Source: a virus (taxonomy: Duplodnaviria; Heunggongvirae; Uroviricota; Caudoviricetes). From it: a stretch of DNA of 15,490 nt. The stretch's first letter is position 1. Each line of letters starts with the position of its first letter. The notes beneath the pieces were generated by a model. The model saw nothing but the letters and a program-made list of their open reading frames with translations, did not search any database and was not told the origin of the DNA. Location: the IMG/VR virus record IMGVR_UViG_2693429774_000004, positions 1 to 15,490 of that record; one strand, given 5' to 3'. Positions 1-8,094 of the stretch are shown here, piece after piece. The position numbers and the translations under genes were made by a program.

Positions 1-22
1 AAAAACGAGTATTTTTAGTCAT
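1..22 (-). CDS. 5' end of an unidentified ORF running off the left edge (begins MTKNTRF)
   Basis: ATG at 22..20 on the minus strand, preceded by AGGTAAACAGG about 8 nt upstream, lying just downstream of the exo stop. Only 7 codons are in the window. The sequence past the exo stop diverges from what I recall of lambda. Confidence 0.25.
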
Positions 23-89
23 CCTGTTTACCTCTTTCTCAGGAAGTTTAGTCTCCAGGATTCCCGGGGCGGTTCATCGTGAGGATGCG

Positions 90-905
90 TCATCGCCATT
101 GCTCCCCAAATACAAAACCAATTTCAGCCAGTGCCTCGTCCATTTTTTCGATGAACTCCGGCACCATCTCGTCAAAATTCGCCATGTACTTTTCATCCCG
201 CTCAACCACGACATAATGCAGGCCTTCACGCTTCATACGCGGGTCATAGTTGGCAAAGTACCAGGCATCTTTTCGCGTCACCCACATGCTGTACTGCACC
301 TGGGCCATGTAAGCTGACTTTATGGCCTCGAAACCACCGAGCCGGAACTTCATGAAATCCCGGGAGGTAAACGGGCATTTCAGTTCAAGGCCATTGCCGT
401 CACTGCATAAACCATCGGGAGAGCAGGCGGTGCGCATACTTTCGTCGCGATAGATGATCGGGGATTCAATAACATTTACGCCGGAAGTGAACTCAAACAG
501 GGTTCTGGCGTCGTTCTCGTACTGTTTTCCCCAGGCCAGTGCTTTAGCGTTAACTTCCGGAGCCACACCGGTGCAAACCTCGGCAAGCAGGGTGTGGAAG
601 TAGGACATTTTCATGTCAGGCCACTTCTTTCCTGAGCGGGGCTTTGCTATCACGTTGTGAACTTCTGAAGCGGTGATGACGCCGAGCCGTAATTTGTGCC
701 ACGCATCATCCCCCTGTTCGACAGCTCTCACGTCGATCCCGGTAACGATATCCGTCTGATGCGTGAACGTGATGGACGTAACCACCGCGACATGTGTGTA
801 CTGTTCCGCTGGGCCTGCCAGGACAACTTCTGGTCCGGTAACGTGCTGAGTCCGGCCAAACTCCGCGACAAGTGGACCCAGCTCGAAATCAACCGGAACA
901 AGCAA
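90..905 (-). CDS. exoD: Lambda exonuclease (Exo/RedX, YqaJ family) homolog with a replaced N-terminus; possibly a pseudogene
   Basis: ORF-track protein residues about 55-271 ([31 protein letters not shown]...FVFGEQWR) match lambda Exo as I remember it almost residue for residue. The first ~54 codons have no Exo counterpart and are read antisense through the O remnant. Confidence 0.8.
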   Translation of the reverse strand: MLVPVDFELGPLVAEFGRTQHVTGPEVVLAGPAEQYTHVAVVTSITFTHQTDIVTGIDVRAVEQGDDAWHKLRLGVITASEVHNVIAKPRSGKKWPDMKMSYFHTLLAEVCTGVAPEVNAKALAWGKQYENDARTLFEFTSGVNVIESPIIYRDESMRTACSPDGLCSDGNGLELKCPFTSRDFMKFRLGGFEAIKSAYMAQVQYSMWVTRKDAWYFANYDPRMKREGLHYVVVERDEKYMANFDEMVPEFIEKMDEALAEIGFVFGEQWR

Positions 906-980
906 CAGGCTGGCGTGACAGTCGGCAAACCAAAACTCGACCTGACAAACACTGACTGGATTTACGGGGTGGATCTATGA
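696..980 (+). pseudogene. C-terminal remnant of lambda-type replication initiator O; N-terminal DNA-binding domain and ori region absent
   Basis: Translation ends ...[44 protein letters not shown], the C-terminus of lambda O as I recall it. The stop overlaps the P start (ATGA at 977-980). O homology begins only near 745, directly abutting the exo homology on the other strand. Confidence 0.7.
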
Positions 981-1678
981 AAAACATCGCCGCACAGATG
1001 GTTAACTTTGACCGTGAGCAGATGCGTCGGATCGCCAACAACATGCCGGAACAGTACGACGAAAAGCCACAGGTACAGCAGGTAGCGCAGATCATCAACG
1101 GTGTGTTCAGCCAGTTACTGGCAACTTTCCCGGCGAGCCTGGCTAACCGTGACCAGAATGAACTGAACGAAATCCGCCGCCAGTGGGTGCTGGCTTTCCG
1201 GGAAAACGGGATCACCACAATGGAACAGGTTAACGCTGGAATGCGCGTAGCCCGTCGGCAGAATCGACCATTCCTGCCATCACCCGGGCAGTTTGTCGCC
1301 TGGTGCCGGGAAGAAGCATCCGTTACCGCCGGGCTGCCAAACGCCAGCGAGCTGGTTGATATGGTTTACGAGTATTGCCGGAAGCGCGGGCTGTATCCGG
1401 ATGCAGAGTCTTATCCGTGGAAATCAAACGCGCACTACTGGCTGGTTACCAACCTGTATCAGAACATGCGGGCCAATGCGTTGACTGACGCGGAATTACG
1501 GCGCAAGGCTGCCGATGAACTGTCCTGTATGACCGCACGAATTAACCGTGGTGAGGCTATACCTGAACCAGTAAAACAACTTCCTGTCATGGGCGGTAGA
1601 CCTCTAAATCGTGCACAGGCTCTGGCGAAGATCGCAGAAATCAAAGCTAAGTTTGGGCTGAAAGGAGCAAGGGTATGA
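977..1678 (+). CDS. Replication protein P (DnaB helicase loader), lambda gpP homolog, full length
   Basis: 233-aa ORF MKNIAAQMVNFDREQMRRIANNMPEQYDEKPQVQQVAQIINGVF...AKIAEIKAKFGLKGARV is near-identical to lambda P from memory. Start overlaps the O stop; stop overlaps the ren start. Confidence 0.9.
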   Translation: MKNIAAQMVNFDREQMRRIANNMPEQYDEKPQVQQVAQIINGVFSQLLATFPASLANRDQNELNEIRRQWVLAFRENGITTMEQVNAGMRVARRQNRPFLPSPGQFVAWCREEASVTAGLPNASELVDMVYEYCRKRGLYPDAESYPWKSNAHYWLVTNLYQNMRANALTDAELRRKAADELSCMTARINRGEAIPEPVKQLPVMGGRPLNRAQALAKIAEIKAKFGLKGARV

Positions 1679-1977
1679 CGGGCAAAGAGTCAATTATTCA
1701 TTACCTGGGGACTCATAAGAAATTCTGTGCGCAGGACGTTGCCGCGGTAACAGGCGCAACGGTAACCAGCATAAATCAGGCTGCGGCTAAAATGGCGCGG
1801 GCAGGAATCCTAGTCGTTGATGGTAAGGTCTGGCGAACGGTGTATTATCGGTTCGCTACCAGAGAAGAATGGGAAGGAAAGGTGAGCACGAATTTGATTT
1901 TTAAGGAGTGTCGCCAGAGTGCCGCGATGAAACGGGTATTGAGGGTATATAAAAGAACATCAATGGGTACACAATGA
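1675..1977 (+). CDS. Ren-like protein (lambda Ren homolog) with altered C-terminus
   Basis: MTGKESIIHYLGTH...VWRTVYYRFATREEWEGKVSTNLIFKECRQSAAMKRVL matches lambda Ren. The last ~12 residues differ because the AT-rich island starts near 1945. ATG overlaps the P stop (ATGA). Confidence 0.8.
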   Translation: MTGKESIIHYLGTHKKFCAQDVAAVTGATVTSINQAAAKMARAGILVVDGKVWRTVYYRFATREEWEGKVSTNLIFKECRQSAAMKRVLRVYKRTSMGTQ

Positions 1978-2044
1978 TGAAACAGGTGAGTTGAGTTCAA
2001 ACTGTAGTACAATTCTCTCCAGTTTGAACAGGAAAGAATATGCT

Positions 2045-2377
2045 ATGAACCCTTATATTTATCTTGGTGGTGCAATACTTGCAGAGGTCATTGGTACAAC
2101 CTTAATGAAGTTTTCAGAAGGTTTTACACGGTTATGGCCATCTGTTGGTACAATTATTTGTTATTGTGCATCATTCTGGTTATTAGCTCAGACGCTGGCT
2201 TATATTCCTACAGGGATTGCTTATGCTATCTGGTCAGGAGTCGGTATTGTCCTGATTAGTTTACTGTCATGGGGATTTTTCGGCCAACGGCTGGACCTGC
2301 CAGCCATTATAGGTATGATGTTGATTTGTGCCGGTGTGTTGGTTATTAATTTATTGTCACGAAGCACACCACATTAA
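2045..2377 (+). CDS. emrE: Small multidrug resistance (SMR) efflux transporter EmrE
   Basis: Internal Met of the 1991..2377 ORF gives the 110-aa protein MNPYIYLGGAILAEVIGTTLMKFSEGFTRLWPSVGT...LLSRSTPH, recognised as EmrE, with four hydrophobic helices and the conserved membrane-embedded Glu in helix 1. Confidence 0.95.
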   Translation: MNPYIYLGGAILAEVIGTTLMKFSEGFTRLWPSVGTIICYCASFWLLAQTLAYIPTGIAYAIWSGVGIVLISLLSWGFFGQRLDLPAIIGMMLICAGVLVINLLSRSTPH

Positions 2378-2406
2378 AATAATTTGTTTCTAAACGACTA
2401 AAATAT

Positions 2407-2450
2407 GGAGGCTCTTATATTTATATGAGCCTCGTTTTATGCTTTTTGTT
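2407..2450 (+). terminator. Probable intrinsic terminator downstream of emrE
   Basis: GGAGGCTC (2407-2414) pairs with GAGCCTC (2427-2433) around a 12-nt AT loop, followed by GTTTTATGCTTTTTGTT. Confidence 0.5.
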
Positions 2451-2631
2451 AATGTCTTTATTTTTTATGTATTCTTTTGTGCTTTCAAGATTATGGCGTA
2501 AGAAAATTGCAATACGATTATTGTTGTATATTCAAGATAATGTGACCTTAATTGTCTTTTTAAATAAAAATTAAACAAAAATTATATCCCACCACTAAGG
2601 TTTATAAAAGCATACGTTAGCAGGTGTCACC

Positions 2632-4158
2632 ATGAAAAAAGCCATAGCATATATGCGATTTTCATCACCAGGTCAGATGTCTGGTGACTCATTAAACCGA
2701 CAGAGAAGACTTATTGCTGAATGGTTAAAGGTAAATAGTGATTATTATCTTGATACCATAACATATGAAGATTTAGGATTAAGTGCATTCAAAGGAAAGC
2801 ATGCACAATCAGGAGCTTTTTCGGAATTTTTAGATGCTATAGAGCATGGTTATATATTGCCAGGAACTACATTGTTAGTTGAAAGTCTGGACAGACTTTC
2901 AAGAGAAAAAGTCGGTGAAGCGATTGAACGTCTGAAATTGATTTTGAATCACGGTATTGATGTTATAACTCTTTGCGACAATACAGTCTATAATATTGAC
3001 TCTTTGAATGAGCCATATTCATTAATAAAAGCCATACTTATAGCACAAAGGGCAAATGAAGAAAGCGAGATAAAGTCAAGTCGGGTTAAATTATCATGGA
3101 AGAAAAAACGGCAGGATGCAATGGAATCAGGTACGATTATGACGGCGTCTTGTCCGAGATGGCTCTCCTTAGATGACAAAAGAACGGCTTTTGTTCCAGA
3201 CCCCGACAGGGTGAAAACTATTGAGCTAATTTTTAAACTCAGGATGGAAAGGCGCTCATTGAATGCAATAGCCAAGTATTTAAATGATCATGCTGTAAAG
3301 AATTTCTCAGGAAAAGAAAGTGCATGGGGACCTTCTGTAATTGAAAAATTATTAGCGAATAAAGCTCTGATAGGTATATGCGTACCTTCATATCGTGCAA
3401 GAGGGAAAGGGATAAGTGAAATCGCTGGCTATTATCCCAGAGTTATATCAGATGATTTGTTTTACGCTGTACAGGAAATTCGGTTGGCACCTTTTGGTAT
3501 TAGCAATAGTAGCAAGAATCCTATGCTAATAAATCTACTTCGAACAGTTATGAAGTGTGAGGCTTGTGGTAATACCATGATTGTTCATGCGGTATCTGGA
3601 AGTTTGCATGGCTATTATGTTTGTCCGATGAGAAGATTACATCGATGTGACAGGCCATCAATAAAAAGAGATTTGGTTGATTATAATATCATTAATGAAT
3701 TGCTTTTTAATTGTAGCAAAATTCAACCAGTTGAAAACAAGAAAGATGCTAATGAAACTTTAGAGTTAAAAATTATTGAGCTTCAGATGAAAATTAATAA
3801 TTTAATCGTTGCATTGTCTGTCGCGCCTGAAGTTACCGCTATAGCAGAGAAAATAAGACTATTAGATAAGGAATTACGAAGGGCTTCGGTATCATTGAAA
3901 ACTTTGAAGAGTAAAGGTGTAAATTCATTCAGTGATTTTTATGCTATTGACTTAACCAGTAAAAATGGACGAGAGTTATGCCGTACACTTGCCTATAAAA
4001 CATTCGAAAAAATCATAATTAATACGGATAATAAAACCTGTGATATCTATTTTATGAATGGCATTGTTTTTAAACACTATCCTTTAATGAAAGTAATATC
4101 CGCCCAGCAGGCGATAAGTGCTCTCAAATATATGGTTGATGGTGAGATTTATTTCTAA
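2632..4158 (+). CDS. ybcK: Large serine recombinase (resolvase/invertase-type catalytic domain, recombinase domain, zinc ribbon, C-terminal coiled coil)
   Basis: 508-aa ORF. N-terminus AIAYMRFSSPGQ fits the serine-recombinase active-site motif (Y-x-R-x-S). Cys cluster CEACGNTM...YYVCPMRRLHRCD resembles the zinc ribbon of large serine recombinases. Lys/Glu-rich C-terminal segment. Low-GC coding. Confidence 0.88.
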   Translation: MKKAIAYMRFSSPGQMSGDSLNRQRRLIAEWLKVNSDYYLDTITYEDLGLSAFKGKHAQSGAFSEFLDAIEHGYILPGTTLLVESLDRLSREKVGEAIERLKLILNHGIDVITLCDNTVYNIDSLNEPYSLIKAILIAQRANEESEIKSSRVKLSWKKKRQDAMESGTIMTASCPRWLSLDDKRTAFVPDPDRVKTIELIFKLRMERRSLNAIAKYLNDHAVKNFSGKESAWGPSVIEKLLANKALIGICVPSYRARGKGISEIAGYYPRVISDDLFYAVQEIRLAPFGISNSSKNPMLINLLRTVMKCEACGNTMIVHAVSGSLHGYYVCPMRRLHRCDRPSIKRDLVDYNIINELLFNCSKIQPVENKKDANETLELKIIELQMKINNLIVALSVAPEVTAIAEKIRLLDKELRRASVSLKTLKSKGVNSFSDFYAIDLTSKNGRELCRTLAYKTFEKIIINTDNKTCDIYFMNGIVFKHYPLMKVISAQQAISALKYMVDGEIYF

Positions 4159-4356
4159 ATAATGATCTCGGATTTTAAGTTATGCTATGGTGATAAAGTG
4201 CAAGACAGAATTAATTATCTTTGACGAAACTTAATGGGTAATTACTTTGTTTGCTCCCACAAGCGAGTTTTGTACGGCTGTATTGGGGTAGTAAATGAGC
4301 TATACAATCTTAATCATTTGTTAGGTGAGAACTCTTGGTCGCAGATTCAAATACTG

Positions 4357-4406
4357 AAAATACGTGACAAATTATTATGAGCAAAATGGTGTATGTCACG
4401 TATTTT
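4357..4406. promoter_or_regulatory. Perfect 13-bp inverted repeat (AAAATACGTGACA / TGTCACGTATTTT) with 24-bp spacer in the ybcK-ybcL intergenic region
   Basis: Arms at 4357-4369 and 4394-4406 are exact reverse complements. Sits about 220 bp upstream of the ybcL start. Candidate operator or RNA stem-loop. Confidence 0.4.
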
Positions 4407-4622
4407 GAATGGTAGGTTAAAAAATAACACCGACTTTCGTAGGTATTACTAATAATAAAGCAGAGTTTTTAGATAGTATCAATGTGCTTTGTGTATATTG
4501 TGGCAAATAATTGGGTTGGGGGTACAATTGTGATTGCTTTTGCATAAACATTGCGCCTTTATGCATAATGAGATAAAGGAATATCAAATAAAATAACGAT
4601 AGGTCATAACAAAGAGGTTTTT

Positions 4623-5174
4623 ATGAAAACACTTATCGTTTCAACTGTATTGGCATTCATAACATTTTCTGCGCAGGCTGCAGCATTTCAGGTCACTAGT
4701 AATGAAATAAAAACAGGAGAGCAACTTACAACGTCTCATGTCTTTTCTGGATTTGGGTGTGAAGGTGGTAATACATCGCCCTCATTAACCTGGTCTGGTG
4801 TTCCTGAAGGTACCAAAAGCTTTGCCGTAACTGTATATGATCCAGATGCACCTACAGGCAGTGGTTGGTGGCATTGGACTGTTGTTAATATTCCAGCAAC
4901 AATAACATATTTGCCCGTTGATGCAGGGAGACGTGATGGAACAAAACTGCCGACTGGTGCTGTTCAAGGCCGAAATGATTTTGGCTATGCTGGGTTTGGT
5001 GGCGCATGTCCTCCTAAAGGAGATAAACCACATCATTACCAGTTTAAAGTATGGGCTCTAAAAACTGAAAAGATTCCTGTAGATTCTAACTCCAGCGGAG
5101 CGTTAGTTGGTTATATGCTTAATGCTAATAAAATCGCAACCGCTGAGATAACACCAGTTTATGAGATAAAGTAG
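4623..5174 (+). CDS. ybcL: Periplasmic PEBP/RKIP-family protein YbcL with signal peptide
   Basis: 183-aa ORF with N-terminal signal peptide (MKTLIVSTVLAFITFSAQAAA) and PEBP-like core (VTVYDPDAPTGSGWWHWTVVNIP...HHYQFKVWAL). Preceded by GAGG. Confidence 0.9.
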   Translation: MKTLIVSTVLAFITFSAQAAAFQVTSNEIKTGEQLTTSHVFSGFGCEGGNTSPSLTWSGVPEGTKSFAVTVYDPDAPTGSGWWHWTVVNIPATITYLPVDAGRRDGTKLPTGAVQGRNDFGYAGFGGACPPKGDKPHHYQFKVWALKTEKIPVDSNSSGALVGYMLNANKIATAEITPVYEIK

Positions 5175-5183
5175 GGTGAGAGT

Positions 5184-5981
5184 ATGCTGGCAAGAGGTAA
5201 GACTAACTTAAAGATCGAAGAAATACGGATGCATAAACATCATGAGATTCATAGGGTTAAGCCTCTTATGCCAGCTTTGTGTCGTATCCGTCAGGGAAAG
5301 AAAGTTATCAATTGGGAGACGCATACTTTAACTGTTGATAATAATCAAATAATATTATTTCCTTGTGGTTATGAATTTTATATTGAGAATTATCCTGAAG
5401 CAGGGCTTTATCTTGCAGAAATGCTTTACTTACCCATTGATTTAATTGAGAGTTTCCAAAAACTTTATACGGTAACTGATCAAATACGTAACAAAACAAG
5501 TTTCTTTTTACCTCAGAATCCTGAGTTAATATATTGTTGGGAGCAACTAAAAACATCTGTTTCCCGAGGCTTCTCAACTAAAATTCAGGAGCACTTAGCA
5601 ATGGGCGTTCTACTTTCGTTAGGAGTGAATCATGTTAATCATTTACTTTTATCATATAGTAAACAATCATTGATAAGTCGTTGTTATAACCTGCTGCTAT
5701 CCGAACCCGGCACAAAATGGACAGCAAACAAGGTTGCTCGATATCTCTACATTTCTGTTTCTACATTACATCGCCGTCTAGCAAGCGAGGGGGTAAGTTT
5801 CCAAAGTATACTGGACGATGTGAGGTTAAATAATGCGTTGTCTGCTATACAAACGACGGTAAAACCTATAAGCGAGATTGCCAGAGAAAATGGTTATAAG
5901 TGTCCTTCTCGTTTTACTGAAAGATTTCATAATCGTTTTAATATAACACCAAGAGAGATAAGAAAAGCTTCCAGAGAGTAA
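5184..5981 (+). CDS. ybcM: AraC/XylS-family transcriptional regulator
   Basis: 265-aa ORF with a C-terminal AraC-type double helix-turn-helix ([21 protein letters not shown]...[32 protein letters not shown]). Low-GC coding. Confidence 0.85.
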
Positions 5982-6045
5982 AAGTGTTTTAAGAAGGAGC
6001 AATTCTATCGATTTTGATTTTGGGAAATCAACACGGCATAATTAT

Positions 6046-6074
6046 GTCACCGGAGCCTGAACAACTCCGGTGAC
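6046..6074 (+). terminator. Stem-loop at the right boundary of the AT-rich island (possible weak terminator of ybcM)
   Basis: GTCACCGGAG (6046-6055) pairs perfectly with CTCCGGTGAC (6065-6074) around a 9-nt loop, followed by TTCTGCG, only a weak U-tract. Confidence 0.3.
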
Positions 6075-6097
6075 TTCTGCGCTAAACGGGGACGTTT

Positions 6098-6199
6098 ATG
6101 CGCACATACAATCCAAACTCTCTTCTCCCTTCACAGATGCAGAAATGCACCTGCAATTCTTTGCATCTAGCGTTTGACCTCTGCGGAGGTGAAGCGTGA
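6098..6199 (+). CDS. ylcH: Small 33-codon ORF upstream of and overlapping the ybcN start (possibly ylcH)
   Basis: ATG at 6098 to TGA at 6197-6199 ([33 protein letters not shown]). Stop overlaps the ybcN GTG start as GTGA. The name is from memory of a similarly sized K-12 ORF; coding status is uncertain. Confidence 0.3.
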
Positions 6200-6651
6200 A
6201 CCTCTCACAAGACGGCATCAAATTACATCGCGGCAACTTCACCGCTATCGGTCGGCAGATCCAGCCTTATCTGGAGGAGGGCAAATGCTTTCGCATGGTG
6301 CTTAAACCGTGGCGTGAGAAACGCAGTCTTTCCCAGAATGCACTCAGCCACATGTGGTACAGCGAAATCAGTGAATACCTCATCAGCAGGGGTAAAACGT
6401 TCGCCACTCCAGCTTGGGTAAAAGATGCTCTCAAACACACATATCTCGGTTATGAAACCAAAGACCTGGTTGATGTCGTAACCGGTGATATCACCACTAT
6501 CCAGTCGTTACGCCATACCTCCGATCTTGATACCGGAGAGATGTATGTCTTCCTGTGTAAGGTTGAAGCCTGGGCGGTGAATATTGGCTGCCACCTGACT
6601 ATTCCGCAGAGCTGCGAGTTCCAGCTGCTCCGCGACAAGCAGGAGGCGTAA
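6196..6651 (+). CDS. ybcN: NinB/Orf-family recombination protein (lambda NinB homolog)
   Basis: 151-aa ORF from GTG at 6196 with GGAGG 6 nt upstream. Central [16 protein letters not shown] region resembles the lambda NinB core. Stop overlaps the ninE ATG (TAATG). Confidence 0.85.
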
Positions 6652-6821
6652 TGGCTACACCGCTTATTCGTGTCATGAACGGACACATCTACAGAGTATC
6701 AAATCGTCGTAAGCGTAAGCCTGAGCTGAAGCCATCCGAAATACCAACACTGCTCGGATATACCGCTAGCCTGGTTGATAAAAAATGGTTGCGACTGGCA
6801 GCAAGGAGGAATCATGGCTGA
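6651..6821 (+). CDS. ninE: NinE-family small protein
   Basis: 56-codon ORF translated by hand ([56 protein letters not shown]). Coupled to ybcN upstream and overlaps ybcO downstream. Too short for the ORF track. Confidence 0.7.
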   Translation: MATPLIRVMNGHIYRVSNRRKRKPELKPSEIPTLLGYTASLVDKKWLRLAARRNHG

Positions 6822-7104
6822 TTTGAGAAAAGCAGCGCGTGGTCGGGAATGCCAGGTAAGAATCCCTGGCGTATGTAATGGCAATTCTGAAACGTCTGTA
6901 CTGGCACATATCCGGCTGGCTGGATTGTGCGGTACCGGTATCAAACCGCCAGACCTGATTGCCACCATTGCATGTTCTGCCTGCCACGACGAAATCGACC
7001 GCCGCACACATTTTGTCGATGCTGCATATGCAAAAGAATGCGCGCTGGAAGGTATGGCGAGAACACAGGTTATCTGGCTGAAAGAGGGGGTTATTAAGGC
7101 GTGA
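6814..7104 (+). CDS. ybcO: YbcO (DUF1364) putative zinc-dependent nuclease
   Basis: 96-aa protein from the internal Met of the 6775..7104 ORF ([29 protein letters not shown]...), with AGGAGGA 5-11 nt upstream. Contains paired Cys motifs. Stop overlaps the rusA GTG start. Confidence 0.85.
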   Translation: MADLRKAARGRECQVRIPGVCNGNSETSVLAHIRLAGLCGTGIKPPDLIATIACSACHDEIDRRTHFVDAAYAKECALEGMARTQVIWLKEGVIKA

Positions 7105-7463
7105 ATACCTACAGTATCACATTACCCTGGCCTCCGAGCAATAATCGCTATTACCGCCATAATCGCGGGCGCACGCACGTCAGTGCAGAGGGGCAGGCAT
7201 ACCGCGATAACGTCGCCCGAATCATTAAAAGCGCAATGCTGGATATCGGCCTGGCTATGCCTGTGAAAATCCGCATTGAGTGCCACATGCCGGATCGCCG
7301 TCGCCGTGACCTGGATAATCTGCAAAAAGCCGCTTTTGACGCACTCACTAAAGCAGGTTTCTGGCTGGATGATGCTCAGGTCGTTGATTACCGCGTTGTG
7401 AAGATGCCTGTTACCAAAGGTGGGAGGCTGGAACTGACCATCACCGAAATGGGGAATGAATGA
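7101..7463 (+). CDS. rusA: Holliday junction resolvase RusA
   Basis: 120-aa protein [37 protein letters not shown]...[10 protein letters not shown], recognised as RusA. GTG start. Confidence 0.92.
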   Translation: MNTYSITLPWPPSNNRYYRHNRGRTHVSAEGQAYRDNVARIIKSAMLDIGLAMPVKIRIECHMPDRRRRDLDNLQKAAFDALTKAGFWLDDAQVVDYRVVKMPVTKGGRLELTITEMGNE

Positions 7464-7600
7464 TGTTTGAGTTTAATATAGCAGAACTTCTTCGCCACCG
7501 CTGGGGGCGTCTGCGCTTATATCGTTTCCCCGGTTCTGTTTTGACCGATTACCGAATACTGAAGAATTACGCCAAAACCCTGACAGGAGCAGGAGTATGA
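7460..7600 (+). CDS. ylcG: Small nin-region protein (YlcG-like)
   Basis: 46-codon ORF ([46 protein letters not shown]). ATG overlaps the rusA stop (ATGATG). Hand translated. Confidence 0.55.
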   Translation: MMFEFNIAELLRHRWGRLRLYRFPGSVLTDYRILKNYAKTLTGAGV

Positions 7601-7685
7601 AGTCAGAGATAACAATCAACTAATACTGTTTTATTGATTTTTGCTTGTAATTGGCGTTCTGGTCTGATTTTTGTGGAGTAAGTTG

Positions 7686-8069
7686 ATGCGTGATATTCAG
7701 ATGGTTCTTGAGCGTTGGGGAGCGTGGGCGGCTAATAATCATGAAGATGTGACCTGGTCGTCCATTGCCGCCGGTTTTAAGGGATTAATTCCTTCAAAAG
7801 TAAAATCTCGCCCGCAATGTTGTGACGATGACGCGATGATCATTTGCGGGTGCATGGCCCGTCTGAAAAAGAACAACAGCGATTTGCACGATTTATTAGT
7901 AGATTATTATGTAGTTGGTATGACATTCATGTCACTGGCAGGTAAGCATTGCTGCTCTGATGGTTATATCGGGAAAAGGTTACAGAAGGCTGAGGGCATA
8001 ATTGAAGGGATGTTAATGGCATTAGATATCCGGTTAGAGATGGATATCGTTGTTAATAACTCTAATTAA
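7686..8069 (+). CDS. quuD: Late-gene antiterminator Q
   Basis: 127-aa protein from the ATG at 7686 ([26 protein letters not shown]...). Cys-rich segment [16 protein letters not shown]...KHCCSDGY is consistent with a Q-type zinc-binding antiterminator. Sits at the nin/late boundary. The ORF track begins at an upstream TTG (7671). Confidence 0.85.
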   Translation: MRDIQMVLERWGAWAANNHEDVTWSSIAAGFKGLIPSKVKSRPQCCDDDAMIICGCMARLKKNNSDLHDLLVDYYVVGMTFMSLAGKHCCSDGYIGKRLQKAEGIIEGMLMALDIRLEMDIVVNNSN

Positions 8070-8094
8070 TACGCCAATTATTTACTAAAAGTTA

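Noticed and set aside
99-1218. Several short ORFs overlapping exo, the O remnant and P (99-317 +, 728-952 -, 889-1218 -)
   Set aside because: Each is embedded in or antisense to a gene with clear homology support. The minus-strand frame in-phase with exo is already accounted for as the chimeric exo N-terminus.
2988-3275. 95-aa minus-strand ORF inside ybcK
   Set aside because: Antisense within a confidently called recombinase gene; an AT-rich stop-poor frame with no features.
1940-6045. Idea that the AT-rich island is an integrative element bounded by attL/attR for the ybcK recombinase
   Set aside because: I could not find matching direct or inverted repeats at the two boundaries by eye; kept only as a question under the ybcK finding rather than annotated as a mobile element.
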